A model generated the notes under the pieces. It searched no databases and was not told where the DNA came from. It worked only from the letters and a program-made list of their open reading frames with translations. 62,124 nucleotides of DNA from Flavobacteriales bacterium. GTDB taxonomy: Bacteria; Bacteroidota; Bacteroidia; Flavobacteriales_F; PHOS-HE28. Of the stretch, positions 35,451-47,921 are shown piece after piece. Both the position numbers and the translations under genes were made by a program. Numbering within the stretch: the stretch's first letter is position 1; each line of letters opens with the position of its first letter. The stretch covers positions 1 to 62,124 of the forward strand of contig JAEUSW010000063.1 in assembly GCA_016788285.1 (NCBI GenBank), written 5' to 3'.

Positions 35451-36019
35451 AGGTTGGCGTCGATGAGGGTGGTGATGCCCGGGTCGAGGGGATCGGTGCC
35501 GGGGTCGAACACGCCGATGAGGCGTCCCTGCCCATCGACGAGGTACTTCTGGAAGTTCCACTTCACCTTGCTGTCCAGGGCGCCGTTGAGGTCCTTGCGC
35601 GTGAGCCACTGGTACACGGGGTCGCGGCCCTCGCCCTTCACCTCCACCTTGGCCATCATGGGAAAGGTGACCCCATAGTTCTTCGTGCAGAACTCGGCGA
35701 TCTCGGCGTTGTCACCCGGCTCCTGCCGCAGGAAGTCGTTGCTGGGGAAGCCCAGGACCACCAAGCCCTTCCCCTCATAGCGGGTGTACAGCTCCTGCAG
35801 CTTGGCGTATTGCGGGGTGTGGCCGCAGCGGCTGGCGGTGTTCACGATGAGCACGGGATGGCCCTTGTACGCGGACAGGTCGACCGGAGCGCCGGTGATG
35901 TCGGTGGCCTTGAGCGCATGGAACGGCGCCACCGGCGTCACCGGTGGCACAGGGCCCTGGGCACGGCCACAGCCGAAGAGGGAGAGCAGGAACATTCCGG
36001 AGAACAGGGTTCTGAGCAT
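35447..36019 (-). CDS. glutathione-peroxidase-family protein (Cys type), lipoprotein signal; tandem paralogue
   Basis: Starts MLRTLFSGMFLLSLFGCG (lipobox). NTASRCGHTPQY and KWNFQKYLV. 4-nt overlap with the downstream paralogue. Confidence 0.9.
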   Translation of the reverse strand: MLRTLFSGMFLLSLFGCGRAQGPVPPVTPVAPFHALKATDITGAPVDLSAYKGHPVLIVNTASRCGHTPQYAKLQELYTRYEGKGLVVLGFPSNDFLRQEPGDNAEIAEFCTKNYGVTFPMMAKVEVKGEGRDPVYQWLTRKDLNGALDSKVKWNFQKYLVDGQGRLIGVFDPGTDPLDPGITTLIDANL

Positions 36020-36024
36020 GGTGG

Positions 36025-36032
36025 CAAAGGAA
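36025..36032 (-). promoter_or_regulatory. putative -7 box TTCCTTTG, 5 nt upstream of the gpx ATG
   Basis: rc of caaaggaa. Confidence 0.4.
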
Positions 36033-36117
36033 CACGCGAAGGTGCGGATCGTTCGCGGTCCGGGCCGGAGGTACCTTTCGGCCGACCTTCTCCGTAGGAA
36101 GGTGCCGATCGATCCCC

Positions 36118-36948
36118 ATGAGGTCCCTTTTCACCCTTCTTGCGGCGTGCTCCGTGCTCGCCCTTCATGCCCAGCAACAGGTGCGGATCACCCGCTGGGA
36201 CGCCATCCGCACCGGGAATGAACTGATCAAGGGCCGCTCGGCCAAGGCCGCGCTGCAAGCCACCGGACTGCCGGAGGACCAACAGGCGTTGGTGGTGACC
36301 AACAGCGGGGCCCAGTTCTGGCCGGTGGCCCTCGCCAACGACAGCACCCGGCAGGCCAGCGCCCCCTACATCGCCAACTACGTGGCCTATCGCATGTTCA
36401 GTTTCCACGAGGATACCGTGCCCTTCACGGTGGTGATGGTCCCCGCCAAGGACAACATCCACATGCCGGAGGAGCTGCGACCCACGGCCGACCTCTTCCT
36501 GGCCGTGGCCGATGCCGGCCTGGCCGACGCTGCGCCCGCCCGTCAGCGGCCCGAGATCAGCCGCGGTCCGCGCTGGAAGGACCGTGACCAGGCCATCATC
36601 CTGAAGCCGGCCGAGGTGTACGCCACCTACGATCTGGGCTCCGATGCGATCGCCCGGCAGGCCCTTTCCGACGCCGGCATGAGCACCCCGGAGATCGAGG
36701 CCGTCGCCTTCCGCAGCCACGAACGCAACTGGCCCGATGGCATCGACACCTACGAGGAGCGGAGCGCCCTCATCAGCCAGTTCGGCAAGTACAAGGCCTT
36801 CGTGGGCGCCAGCTGGGATGACAAGGTGGTGCTGATCGTGCCGGTGGAGAAGAACAAGTCCATGCCCAAGCTCATGCGGCCCTACGTGGACATCTACCTG
36901 GTGTACGCCAAGAGCGCCGTGTCGGTGAAAGCCTCCCGCAGGAAGTGA
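36118..36948 (+). CDS. hypothetical secreted protein
   Basis: 276-aa ORF with the signal peptide MRSLFTLLAACSVLALHAQ. I recognise no family. Confidence 0.65.
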   Translation: MRSLFTLLAACSVLALHAQQQVRITRWDAIRTGNELIKGRSAKAALQATGLPEDQQALVVTNSGAQFWPVALANDSTRQASAPYIANYVAYRMFSFHEDTVPFTVVMVPAKDNIHMPEELRPTADLFLAVADAGLADAAPARQRPEISRGPRWKDRDQAIILKPAEVYATYDLGSDAIARQALSDAGMSTPEIEAVAFRSHERNWPDGIDTYEERSALISQFGKYKAFVGASWDDKVVLIVPVEKNKSMPKLMRPYVDIYLVYAKSAVSVKASRRK

Positions 36949-36963
36949 TCGCCGCGCCGCGGG

Positions 36964-36971
36964 TAGCTTTG
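36964..36971 (+). promoter_or_regulatory. -7 box TAGCTTTG (perfect TAnnTTTG), 7 nt upstream of the ccmB ATG
   Basis: It places the operon start at ccmB. Confidence 0.5.
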
Positions 36972-36978
36972 GCCCCGC

Positions 36979-37647
36979 ATGCGCCCCTCGGAGATCGCCG
37001 CCATCGTTCGGTTGGAGCTCGCCCTTGACCTGCGGCAGCGCGCCGCGTGGGCCGGTCTGCTGCTGTACTCGGTGGGCGCCTGCTACATCGGCTTCCTGGC
37101 CCTGCGGAGCGGTGCCGCCGCGCCGGTGTGGAACGCCTTGCTCTGGATCATCCTGCTCTTCGCGGCCTTCAACACCCTCACGCGCGCCTTCCAGCGCGAG
37201 GACGCCGGCCGCCAGCTCTACCTGCACACCCTGGCCGACCCGCGCAGCGTGGTGATCGCGCGCACCCTGTACAGCATGGGGTTGATGCTGGCCCTCGCCC
37301 TGGTCACCGTCGCGGTGTACATCGTGCTGCTCGGCGGCCATGCCCTGCGTGAGGCCCATGTCCCGCTCTTTCTCCTCACGGTCGCCCTCGGGGGCACCGG
37401 TTTCGCGGCGGTCCTCACGCTCATCTCCGCCATCGCTGCGCGCGCCGGCAACGGCGTGGGGCTCACCGCCGTGCTGGGCCTGCCCCTGGTGCTGCCCCTG
37501 CTGCTCAGCGCGCTGCGCGCCAGCAAGCTCGCCCTCGATGGCATTGGCCTCAACGTCACCGGCACCTACCTGCTGTGGCTGCTGCTCATCGACGTGCTCA
37601 CCGTGGCCCTGGCCTACCTGCTGTTCCCCTACCTTTGGCGCGACTGA
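36979..37647 (+). CDS. ccmB: heme exporter permease CcmB
   Basis: 222 aa with six TM helices and a CcmB-like FQREDAGRQL block. It sits directly upstream of ccmC/D/E/F. Confidence 0.8.
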   Translation: MRPSEIAAIVRLELALDLRQRAAWAGLLLYSVGACYIGFLALRSGAAAPVWNALLWIILLFAAFNTLTRAFQREDAGRQLYLHTLADPRSVVIARTLYSMGLMLALALVTVAVYIVLLGGHALREAHVPLFLLTVALGGTGFAAVLTLISAIAARAGNGVGLTAVLGLPLVLPLLLSALRASKLALDGIGLNVTGTYLLWLLLIDVLTVALAYLLFPYLWRD

Positions 37648-38663
37648 TGAGGCATTGGTGGAAGGCCCTGGGCATCGCGCTGTTGCTGGCCGTGGTGTGC
37701 TTCGGCCTCGGTGTCGACCTGGCCCCCGCCTTGGTGCATGTGGACCGTGACCGGATCGCCCCCGGGCCGGTGGACCTGCGCATCACCACCTACCGCACCC
37801 GGCTCTCTCCCGCCGCCCCCCCGCACGTGTGGATCAGCAACGATGGGCAGCGCGTCTGCGCAGGCCGGGTCACCGTGGAGGACGCCACGCACCTGACCGC
37901 CACGGTGGACGTTCCGGCCGGCCTGCGCGCCGACCTCACCCACCTGGCGGTGCTGCCGCCCGATGGCGACACGCTGGTCCTGCTGGACGCGTTCTGGACC
38001 GAGGGCCTGGGCGCCGGCATCGCCGACAGCCCCTGCGCGACCGGCACCGCCCGTTCACAGGCCCCGGGCTTCCGCTTTCCCAACCGCAGCCTGCTCACCG
38101 AGAGCATCCGCAACCTCTTCTTCCACGTGCCCATGTGGTTCACCATGATGCTGCTGATGACCATCTCGGTGGTGATGAGCGTGCGGCACCTGCGCACCGG
38201 TTCGCTGGACCACGATGGCGCCGCGCTCGCCGCCGTGCACGTGGGCCTGCTCTTCGCCGTGCTGGGCCTGATCACGGGCAGCATCTGGGCGCGGGTGACC
38301 TGGGGCGGCTGGTGGACCAGCGACACGAAGCTCAACGGCGCGGCCGTCACCACCCTGGTCTACGCCGCCTACCTGGTGCTCCGGGGATCGGTGAACGACC
38401 CGCACAAGGCCGCCCGCCTCGCCGCGGTGTACAACATCTTCGCCTACGTGCTGATGATGGTGTTCCTGATGGTGCTGCCGCGCCTCAGCGATTCGCTGCA
38501 TCCGGGCAACGGCGGCAATCCGGCCTTCAACCAATACGACCTGGACGACCGGCTGCGGCTGGTGTTCTATCCCGCGGTGCTCGGCTGGATGCTGCTGGGC
38601 ACCTGGGCGTGGACCCTGGCGCGCCGTCTGGACCGTCTTCAACGCCTCCACGACCATGCGTGA
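37647..38663 (+). CDS. ccmC: heme exporter protein CcmC with a ~130-aa N-terminal extension
   Basis: The ATG at 37647 overlaps the ccmB stop by 1 nt. It carries the WGGWWTSDTKL tryptophan-rich (WWD-type) motif and conserved His residues. Confidence 0.85.
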   Translation: MRHWWKALGIALLLAVVCFGLGVDLAPALVHVDRDRIAPGPVDLRITTYRTRLSPAAPPHVWISNDGQRVCAGRVTVEDATHLTATVDVPAGLRADLTHLAVLPPDGDTLVLLDAFWTEGLGAGIADSPCATGTARSQAPGFRFPNRSLLTESIRNLFFHVPMWFTMMLLMTISVVMSVRHLRTGSLDHDGAALAAVHVGLLFAVLGLITGSIWARVTWGGWWTSDTKLNGAAVTTLVYAAYLVLRGSVNDPHKAARLAAVYNIFAYVLMMVFLMVLPRLSDSLHPGNGGNPAFNQYDLDDRLRLVFYPAVLGWMLLGTWAWTLARRLDRLQRLHDHA

Positions 38664-38892
38664 CCGACGCCTGACGCTGTTGTTCGTCGCCGCCCTCCTC
38701 CCGCTGGGTACCTTTGCGGCCGGGGAAGCGCCCTCGTGGCTGGCCGACACCCTGTACGGTTCGGGCCGCATGCACGCCGTGATCGCCGTGGTGGCGGTGG
38801 TGCTGCTGGGCCTGGCCGGATGGATGGCCGCCTTCGACCGACGCCTCACCCGCCTGGAACGCCAACGCCGCGAACCCGACCGCGACGCATGA
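38656..38892 (+). CDS. CcmD-family small membrane protein (Bacteroidetes type)
   Basis: 78 aa with a signal/anchor plus one TM helix (AVIAVVAVVLLGLAGWMAAF), followed by DRRLTRLE. It lies between ccmC and ccmE and overlaps both. Confidence 0.6.
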   Translation: MRDRRLTLLFVAALLPLGTFAAGEAPSWLADTLYGSGRMHAVIAVVAVVLLGLAGWMAAFDRRLTRLERQRREPDRDA

Positions 38893-39278
38893 AACGCAGC
38901 CACCTCATCGCCATCGCCATCATCGCCGTGGCCATCGCCGCCCTCATCGGCTCGTTGAGCGACAGCAGCACCTACGCCGACCTCGACGAGGCCCTGGCCA
39001 ACCCGGGCCGCGAGTACCACGTGGTGGGCGTGCTGGACCGTAGCCAGGCCATCGTCTATGAACCCAGCGTGAACGCGAGCCTGACGGAGTTCACCATGCA
39101 GGACCTGCAGGGGCGCAGCTGCCGGGTGAAGCTGGCGAAGGCCAAGCCGCAGGACTTCGAGCGCAGCGAGCGCCTCGTCCTCATCGGCGAGGCCACGGAG
39201 GGCGGCGAGTTTCACGCCACGGACATGCTCATGAAGTGCCCCAGCAAGTACAACGAACAGAACCAGGTGGGCGTGTAG
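38889..39278 (+). CDS. ccmE: cytochrome c maturation heme chaperone CcmE
   Basis: Starts MKRSHLIAIAIIAVAIAALIG (anchor). OB-fold body and C-terminal FHATDMLMKCPSKY (heme-binding His). Confidence 0.9.
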   Translation: MKRSHLIAIAIIAVAIAALIGSLSDSSTYADLDEALANPGREYHVVGVLDRSQAIVYEPSVNASLTEFTMQDLQGRSCRVKLAKAKPQDFERSERLVLIGEATEGGEFHATDMLMKCPSKYNEQNQVGV

Positions 39279-39303
39279 CCCCCATGGAGCGGGAGGCACC
39301 TCG

Positions 39304-42093
<2,790 letters not shown>

Positions 42094-42095
42094 TC

Positions 42096-42884
42096 ATGCC
42101 GCTGCGCGAGGGCATCCTGCTGGTGGGAACGGGCCGCGCGGCCCATCACCTGGGGCATGCGATCGCCCGCGCCGGCCTCCCGCTCGCGGGCGTCGTGGGC
42201 CGTGCCGTCGCCACCGCCAAACCGCTGGCCCTCGCCCTGCGCACCACCCCGTTCGGGCTGGATGAAGGGCTTCCGCCCGCGGCGCTCACCCTGCTGGCCG
42301 TGAGCGATGACGCCATCGTGCCCGTGGCCGCCCGCATCCGTGCACGTGACGGGGTGGTGGCACACCTCTCCGGCGCCTCCGACATGGACCGCCTGCTGCC
42401 CCATGCCCACCGCGGCGTGCTGTGGCCCGTGATGAGCCTGAGCCCCGGCGAACCCGCGGACCTCAGCCATGTGCCGCTGGTGGTGGACGCCAACGGCGAA
42501 GAGGCCCGCCGCGCCCTGCTCGACCTGGCCCGCAGCCTCAGCGGCAAGGTGGTGGAGCTGCCCCTGGACCAACGCCGGCTGGTGCACCTCGCCGCGGTGT
42601 TCGCCTCCAACTTCCCCGTGGCGCTCTTCGCCGAGGCCCGCGCACTGCTGGAGCAGGGGGGCATCGCACCCGACCTGCTGACCCCCTTGTGGAAGGCCAC
42701 CGCCGCGAAGGCCGCTGCCGTGGGCCCCGAGCAGGCCCTCACCGGACCGGCCCGCCGCGGCGACCAGGGCACCCTGGACCGCCACCTCGCCGCGTTGGCG
42801 GGCGATCCCGACCTTCGCCGCGCCTATGCGCTGCTCTCCGACCTGATCGCGAAGCGGCATCCCCGAACGCTCGATGCCCGCTGA
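42096..42884 (+). CDS. Rossmann-like / DUF2520 domain protein
   Basis: Starts MPLREGILLVGTGRAAHHLGHAI (dinucleotide fold). The C-terminal LTGPARRGD block is typical of DUF2520. Confidence 0.7.
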   Translation: MPLREGILLVGTGRAAHHLGHAIARAGLPLAGVVGRAVATAKPLALALRTTPFGLDEGLPPAALTLLAVSDDAIVPVAARIRARDGVVAHLSGASDMDRLLPHAHRGVLWPVMSLSPGEPADLSHVPLVVDANGEEARRALLDLARSLSGKVVELPLDQRRLVHLAAVFASNFPVALFAEARALLEQGGIAPDLLTPLWKATAAKAAAVGPEQALTGPARRGDQGTLDRHLAALAGDPDLRRAYALLSDLIAKRHPRTLDAR

Positions 42885-43404
42885 ACCCACCTACAAGGAA
42901 CGCCTGGCGGCGCTGGACACCTTCCTGTTCGACGTGGACGGTGTGTTCACCGACAACCGCGTGCTGCTGATGCCCGGCCTGGACCCGGTGCGCACCTTTC
43001 ACACCCGCGACGCCTACGCCGTGCAGCATGCCGTGCGCGAGGGCCTGCGCATCGTCATTGTCACCGGCGGCCACAGCGACGGCGTGGTGCAGAGCTTCCA
43101 GCGGCTCGGCGTCACCGAGGTGCACACGCGCACCCGCGACAAGCTGGAGCTGGTGGACCGCCTGATCGCCGAACAGCGGCTCGATCCCGCGCGTTCCGCC
43201 TACATGGGCGACGACATCCCCGACCTGCGCGTGATGCGCCGCGTGGCGCTGGCCTGCTGCCCGGCCGATGCCGCCGAGGAGGTGAAGGCCATCAGCCACT
43301 ACGTGAGCCGGCTGCCCGGCGGCGGGGGCTGCGTGCGCGACGTGCTGGAGCAGGCGCTGAAGGTGCAGGGACGCTGGCTGACGGACGGGGCACACACCTG
43401 GTGA
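42874..43404 (+). CDS. kdsC: KDO 8-phosphate phosphatase-like HAD-IIIA hydrolase
   Basis: FLFDVDGVFTDN (DxD nucleophile), VTGG and YMGDDIPDL. Confidence 0.85.
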   Translation: MPAEPTYKERLAALDTFLFDVDGVFTDNRVLLMPGLDPVRTFHTRDAYAVQHAVREGLRIVIVTGGHSDGVVQSFQRLGVTEVHTRTRDKLELVDRLIAEQRLDPARSAYMGDDIPDLRVMRRVALACCPADAAEEVKAISHYVSRLPGGGGCVRDVLEQALKVQGRWLTDGAHTW

Positions 43405-43408
43405 CGCG

Positions 43409-44371
43409 ATGCTGGACCTCCTCCGCCTCACCCGCCCCGTGAACCTGCTGATCATCGCCGGCACCATGGTGGTGATCCGCCACGGTGTGGTGGGCGGCCT
43501 GCTCGGCGCGAGCGGGCTCGACCTCGGCCTGGGCACGCCCTGGTTCATCCTGCTGGTGTGCAGCACCGTCCTCATCGCCGCGGGGGGCAACATCATCAAC
43601 GACTACTTCGACACGCGCATCGACCGCATCAACAAGCCCGACGCGCTCATCGTGGGGCGCACCGTGCCCCGACGGAAGGCCATGGCGGCCCACCTCGTGC
43701 TCAGCGGCCTGGGCCTCCTCTGCGGGTGGGCCGTGGTGGCGCACACCGGCCTGTGGCGGCTGGCCGTCATCCCGCCCTTCGCCATCGGCGCCCTGTGGAC
43801 CTACAGCACCTCCTTCAAGCGCCAGCTCATCATCGGCAACGGCCTGGTGGCGACCCTCACCGCGCTGGTGCCCCTCACCATCGGGCTCTACGAGATCCCC
43901 CTCGCGCAACGGCTGCATGCCGGCGAACTGCTCTCCGCCTTCAACGACGAGGCCGCCGTGCACTTCTACTTCCGGGTGATCTGGTATTGGGTGTTCGCGT
44001 TCACGGGCTTCGCGTTCGTGGCCACCCTGGTGCGCGAGCTGCAGAAGGACATGGCGGATGTGCCCGGCGATCGCGCGCTGGGCTGCCGCACCATCCCCAT
44101 CGCGTGGGGCATGCGCGCCGCCCGCGCGATCGTGCTGGTGCATACCCTGGTGCTCGTGGCCGGCCTGCTGCTCCTGCGCCGCGCCTTCCTCGACGACCGC
44201 CTCTCGTACTGGTACATCGCCGTGCTCATCCTCACCCTGCTCATCAGCGCCGGCCTCACCTGGAGCGCCCACGACCGCTCCGCCCACGTCCGGGCGGGCA
44301 TCGTGATGAAGGTCGCCATGGTGCTCGCCGTCGGTTACGGGCTGCTCGTGCCGCTCCTGCTGGACCTGTGA
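43409..44371 (+). CDS. UbiA-family prenyltransferase
   Basis: AAGGNIINDYFDTRIDRINKPD (first Asp-rich motif), QKDMADVPGD (second motif) and 8-9 TM helices. Confidence 0.85.
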   Translation: MLDLLRLTRPVNLLIIAGTMVVIRHGVVGGLLGASGLDLGLGTPWFILLVCSTVLIAAGGNIINDYFDTRIDRINKPDALIVGRTVPRRKAMAAHLVLSGLGLLCGWAVVAHTGLWRLAVIPPFAIGALWTYSTSFKRQLIIGNGLVATLTALVPLTIGLYEIPLAQRLHAGELLSAFNDEAAVHFYFRVIWYWVFAFTGFAFVATLVRELQKDMADVPGDRALGCRTIPIAWGMRAARAIVLVHTLVLVAGLLLLRRAFLDDRLSYWYIAVLILTLLISAGLTWSAHDRSAHVRAGIVMKVAMVLAVGYGLLVPLLLDL

Positions 44372-44988
44372 TGAACGCCCCCCCCCTGCTCCCCTGGCGG
44401 ATCGTGCTCGGCTCCGCGTCGCCCCGCAGGCGGCAGCTGCTGGAAGGCCTTGAGCTGCCCTTGCGCGTGGCGCCCCTCGATGTGGACGAGACCCCACCGG
44501 CGGAGCTCGCCCTGGACGAGGTGGCGGAACACCTGGCCGTCCGCAAGGCCGCCGCCTACACGCCCGCGCTCGCCGCCGACGAGGTGCTGCTGACCGCCGA
44601 CACCACCGTCCTGCTCGACGATCCCACGGGCGCCGGCACAAGCCTGCTGCTGAACAAGCCCACGGACGATGCCGACGCCCGTCGCATGCTCGGCCTGCTC
44701 AGCGGACGCACCCACCGCGTGGTCACCGGTGTATGCCTGCGCTCCACGGACCGGGTGATCCGCTTCAGCGACGTGGCCCGCGTGACCTTCCGCAGCCTCG
44801 AGCCCGGCGAGATCGCCTACTACGTGGAGCGCCACCACCCACTGGACAAGGCCGGCGCCTACGGGGTGCAGGACTGGATCGGTTATACCGCCGTGGCCCG
44901 GATCGAAGGCAGCTTCTACACCGTGATGGGGCTCCCCATGCACCGTGTCTACCTGGCCCTCCGCGACCTTGCCCCGTCACGCCCATGA
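44371..44988 (+). CDS. maf: Maf-family nucleoside triphosphate pyrophosphatase
   Basis: VLGSASPRRRQLL, ADTTV and DKAGAYGVQD. The start overlaps the upstream stop by 1 nt. Confidence 0.9.
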   Translation: MNAPPLLPWRIVLGSASPRRRQLLEGLELPLRVAPLDVDETPPAELALDEVAEHLAVRKAAAYTPALAADEVLLTADTTVLLDDPTGAGTSLLLNKPTDDADARRMLGLLSGRTHRVVTGVCLRSTDRVIRFSDVARVTFRSLEPGEIAYYVERHHPLDKAGAYGVQDWIGYTAVARIEGSFYTVMGLPMHRVYLALRDLAPSRP

Positions 44989-45746
44989 GCACCCGCCTTC
45001 TCGCCACCCTGATCCCGCTCCTCGTCCAGGGGGGCCTGTCCGCGCAGACCTCGCCCTTCACACCTCCCCAGCGACCCGACCCGCGCACCTGGTACCTCAC
45101 CAACGGGAGCGAGTGGGTGTTCTCCTTCCCCGTGCTCGACGTGTCGCGCGACTCGGTGCCTTCCGGTCAGGGCGGCATCGTGCGTTTCGCCCCCTTCGTG
45201 AACCCGCGGGTGCTGGTGCACTGGGATGCCGGTGCGCACGTGGGCTTCTTCAGCGGTCTGGGGATCCGAAACCTCGGTTTCATCTACGATGTGCCCGGTA
45301 GCAACGAGCGCTTCAAGTACCGCACCTACACCCTGGGCCTGCCGGTGGGCATCAAGCTGGGCCGCATGCACAACGTGTTGGTCTTCGCCGGGTACGAACT
45401 GGAGCTGCCGCTCAACTACAAGGAGAAGCGCTACGTGAACGAGAAGAAGGAGGACAAGTTCAACGTGTGGTTCAGCGACCGGACACAGCCCTTCTTCCAG
45501 AGCGTGATGCTTGGCGTGCAGGCCCCGCTCGGCTTCAACGTGTCGGTGAAGTACATGCTCACCAACTTCCACAACACGGCCTACCGCGAGGTGATCGATG
45601 GCGTGGAGCGGTTCCCGTACGCCGGCCTGAACGCGAACCTCGTCTGCCTTTCGGTGAACTGGGGCATGCACGCGGGCCGCAAGCGCAAACGTGGACCCGG
45701 ACCCGGCACCGTGCCGGCCCACGACCCGCAGGCCTGGTCGCACTGA
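44985..45746 (+). CDS. hypothetical secreted protein, possible outer-membrane beta-barrel
   Basis: Signal peptide MSTRLLATLIPLLVQGGLSAQ and alternating beta-strand-like segments. 4-nt overlap with maf. Confidence 0.55.
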   Translation: MSTRLLATLIPLLVQGGLSAQTSPFTPPQRPDPRTWYLTNGSEWVFSFPVLDVSRDSVPSGQGGIVRFAPFVNPRVLVHWDAGAHVGFFSGLGIRNLGFIYDVPGSNERFKYRTYTLGLPVGIKLGRMHNVLVFAGYELELPLNYKEKRYVNEKKEDKFNVWFSDRTQPFFQSVMLGVQAPLGFNVSVKYMLTNFHNTAYREVIDGVERFPYAGLNANLVCLSVNWGMHAGRKRKRGPGPGTVPAHDPQAWSH

Positions 45747-45751
45747 CCGAT

Positions 45752-47881
45752 CTACCGCAGCAGCGATACGTGCCCGCGGTGCATGCGCCGAGCGCCGAAC
45801 CCATCGCGCAGCATCACCGTCCAGGCGTAAACGCCTTGGGGCTCGCCCTCACCCTCCCAGCCTTCGGACGGTTCGGTGGACAGGAAGCGCAGCGCTCCCC
45901 AGCGGTCGTAGATGCGCAGCTCATAGGCTTGCGGGCGCTGCACCGTGGAGCGCGGCAGGAACACATCGTTGATGCCGTCCGCATCCGGGGTGAAGGCGTT
46001 GGGCGCATGGAACGCGTAGTCCCCCTCCACACAGACCTCGGCGGAAGTGGCATCGGTGCAGCCCTCCGCATCGGTCACCACCAGCGTGATGGTGCGGCAA
46101 CCCAGGCCCGCGTACGCATGCATGGGCTCGGGACCGCTGGCCATCGAGCCGTCGCCCAGGTCCCATGACCAGAGGACCGCATCCTGCGAGGCGTCCACGA
46201 TGGGCACCGCACCCGACCCTTCCTGCACCACTGCGGGCACGGTGAAGGCCGCCACGGGCGGTGCGTTCACGATCACCGGTCCGCCGTTCCCAGTGCCGGC
46301 ACAGCCGGGAAGCACCTCCTGCACCACCGTCGGCACGAAGGTCCCCTCCTGCGCATAGCAGTGCTGGACGGCCGTACCGTTCGCGGTGGTGCCGTCGCCC
46401 AGGTCCCAGGTGGTGGTACCGGCCCCCGCACCCTGCACGGTCAGCGACACGCAGAGCGGCGCGCACCCACTGCTCTGGTCCACCACGACCGCGGGCTGCG
46501 GCACGGGCACGGTGGTCACCACCATGTCATCCGCGGCACTGGTGCAACCCGCGGCGTCGACGGCCACGACGGAATACGTACCGGCCACCGCGGGTGCCAG
46601 CACCGGTCCCGCCGGTGTCCATGTGAACTGCACGGCCCCCGTGCCACCGGTGCTCGTGGCCGCGAGGGTCAGCGGGGCCCCTTCACAGACGATGGTGTCG
46701 GCCATGGCTTGCACCTGCACCGGCACCGGTCCGTTCACCACGCCACTGGCCGAGGACGAGCAGCCGCCCGCCTCCGTCACGGTCACCGTGTAGGTGCCGG
46801 GGGCAAGGCCGGTGATCGACGCACCGCTGCCGCCGCCCGGCGACCAGCTGTACGTGAGGCCGGTCGTGCCCGTGGCCACGACGGCCGATGCCGAGCCCAG
46901 GCCGCCGGAGCAATCCGCATCGATGACGTCCACGCTCACCTCGGGCACCACCACCGGCAGCGTGACGCTCACCGGGTCGCTGCACGGTCCGTCGGTGGTG
47001 AGGGTGACGGAGTACGTGCCTGGACCGGAGAAGGTGTGCGACGGGTTCTGGGAGAACGAGCTGTTCTGCGCGCCGGAGGCCGGATCGCCGAAGTCCCACG
47101 TCCAGGACGTGGGGCATCCGCCCGCCACCGGTGCAAAGCTGGCCGTGGCCCCGGCGCAGGTCCACGTGAAGTCCGCGATGGCGCCCTCCGCCTCCTGGAT
47201 GAGGATGTCGTCGATGGCGATGCCGTCGTAACCGTTGCACTGGGTGCCGGCCCCGAACAGGAAGCGGAAGATGACCTGCGGTTGGTTGGCGGCCGCCGGC
47301 ATGCAGTGCTTGGCGGTGACCCATCCCCCGCTGCCGAAGCCGCCCTGGCAACTGCCACTGGTGGGACCCGACCGGCCGCTCCAGCCATGCTTGGGGTTGG
47401 CCGAAGTGAGGTTCGTGATGTTGCCCGCGTTGAACCAGTTGTCGTTGAGACAATCCACCGGATCGCCCCAGGCCCCGACATTGCTCCAGGTCTGGCCGCC
47501 GTTCAGCGACAGCTGAAAGGTCATGCCATCGTACTGCCGCTCACACTCCCAGTAGATCTTGAAGGAGATCCAGGGATGATCCAAGGCCGACATGTCGAAG
47601 CACGGGCTCTCCAACCAGCTGAGCTGCCCATAGGTGTAGAAGGTGCCCGTGAGCCCGCCCACGCACCAGCTGCGAAGCCCACCGCCCGCGGTGTTGATGG
47701 ACGGGTGCGCCGGTGTGCCCCAGGCCCAGTCGCTGCTGATGCCGCCGGCGGTCCATCCCGGACCGTTCTCGAACCCTTCGCTGTAGGGGAAGGCCGCGAT
47801 CGGGTTCACGCATTGCGCCACCACCGGTGCCACCGGGGCACAGGCGAGCGCGAGCAGAGCGGGGATGGACCGGCGGCGCAC
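45752..47881 (-). CDS. T9SS type-B (CHU_C) sorting-domain protein with PKD and SprB-like repeats
   Basis: C-terminal AFTPDADGINDVFLP...YELRIYDRWG. PKD block WDFGDPASGAQNSS...HTFSGPGTYSVTLT. The GTG start at 47881 is supported by a -7 box 5 nt upstream. Confidence 0.85.
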   Translation of the reverse strand: MRRRSIPALLALACAPVAPVVAQCVNPIAAFPYSEGFENGPGWTAGGISSDWAWGTPAHPSINTAGGGLRSWCVGGLTGTFYTYGQLSWLESPCFDMSALDHPWISFKIYWECERQYDGMTFQLSLNGGQTWSNVGAWGDPVDCLNDNWFNAGNITNLTSANPKHGWSGRSGPTSGSCQGGFGSGGWVTAKHCMPAAANQPQVIFRFLFGAGTQCNGYDGIAIDDILIQEAEGAIADFTWTCAGATASFAPVAGGCPTSWTWDFGDPASGAQNSSFSQNPSHTFSGPGTYSVTLTTDGPCSDPVSVTLPVVVPEVSVDVIDADCSGGLGSASAVVATGTTGLTYSWSPGGGSGASITGLAPGTYTVTVTEAGGCSSSASGVVNGPVPVQVQAMADTIVCEGAPLTLAATSTGGTGAVQFTWTPAGPVLAPAVAGTYSVVAVDAAGCTSAADDMVVTTVPVPQPAVVVDQSSGCAPLCVSLTVQGAGAGTTTWDLGDGTTANGTAVQHCYAQEGTFVPTVVQEVLPGCAGTGNGGPVIVNAPPVAAFTVPAVVQEGSGAVPIVDASQDAVLWSWDLGDGSMASGPEPMHAYAGLGCRTITLVVTDAEGCTDATSAEVCVEGDYAFHAPNAFTPDADGINDVFLPRSTVQRPQAYELRIYDRWGALRFLSTEPSEGWEGEGEPQGVYAWTVMLRDGFGARRMHRGHVSLLR

Positions 47882-47886
47882 GGGTG

Positions 47887-47894
47887 CAAAGATC
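47887..47894 (-). promoter_or_regulatory. putative -7 box GATCTTTG, 5 nt upstream of the GTG start
   Basis: rc of caaagatc. Confidence 0.4.
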
Positions 47895-47921
47895 GTCCCT
47901 CCGGCACCCGCGACGATGGCG

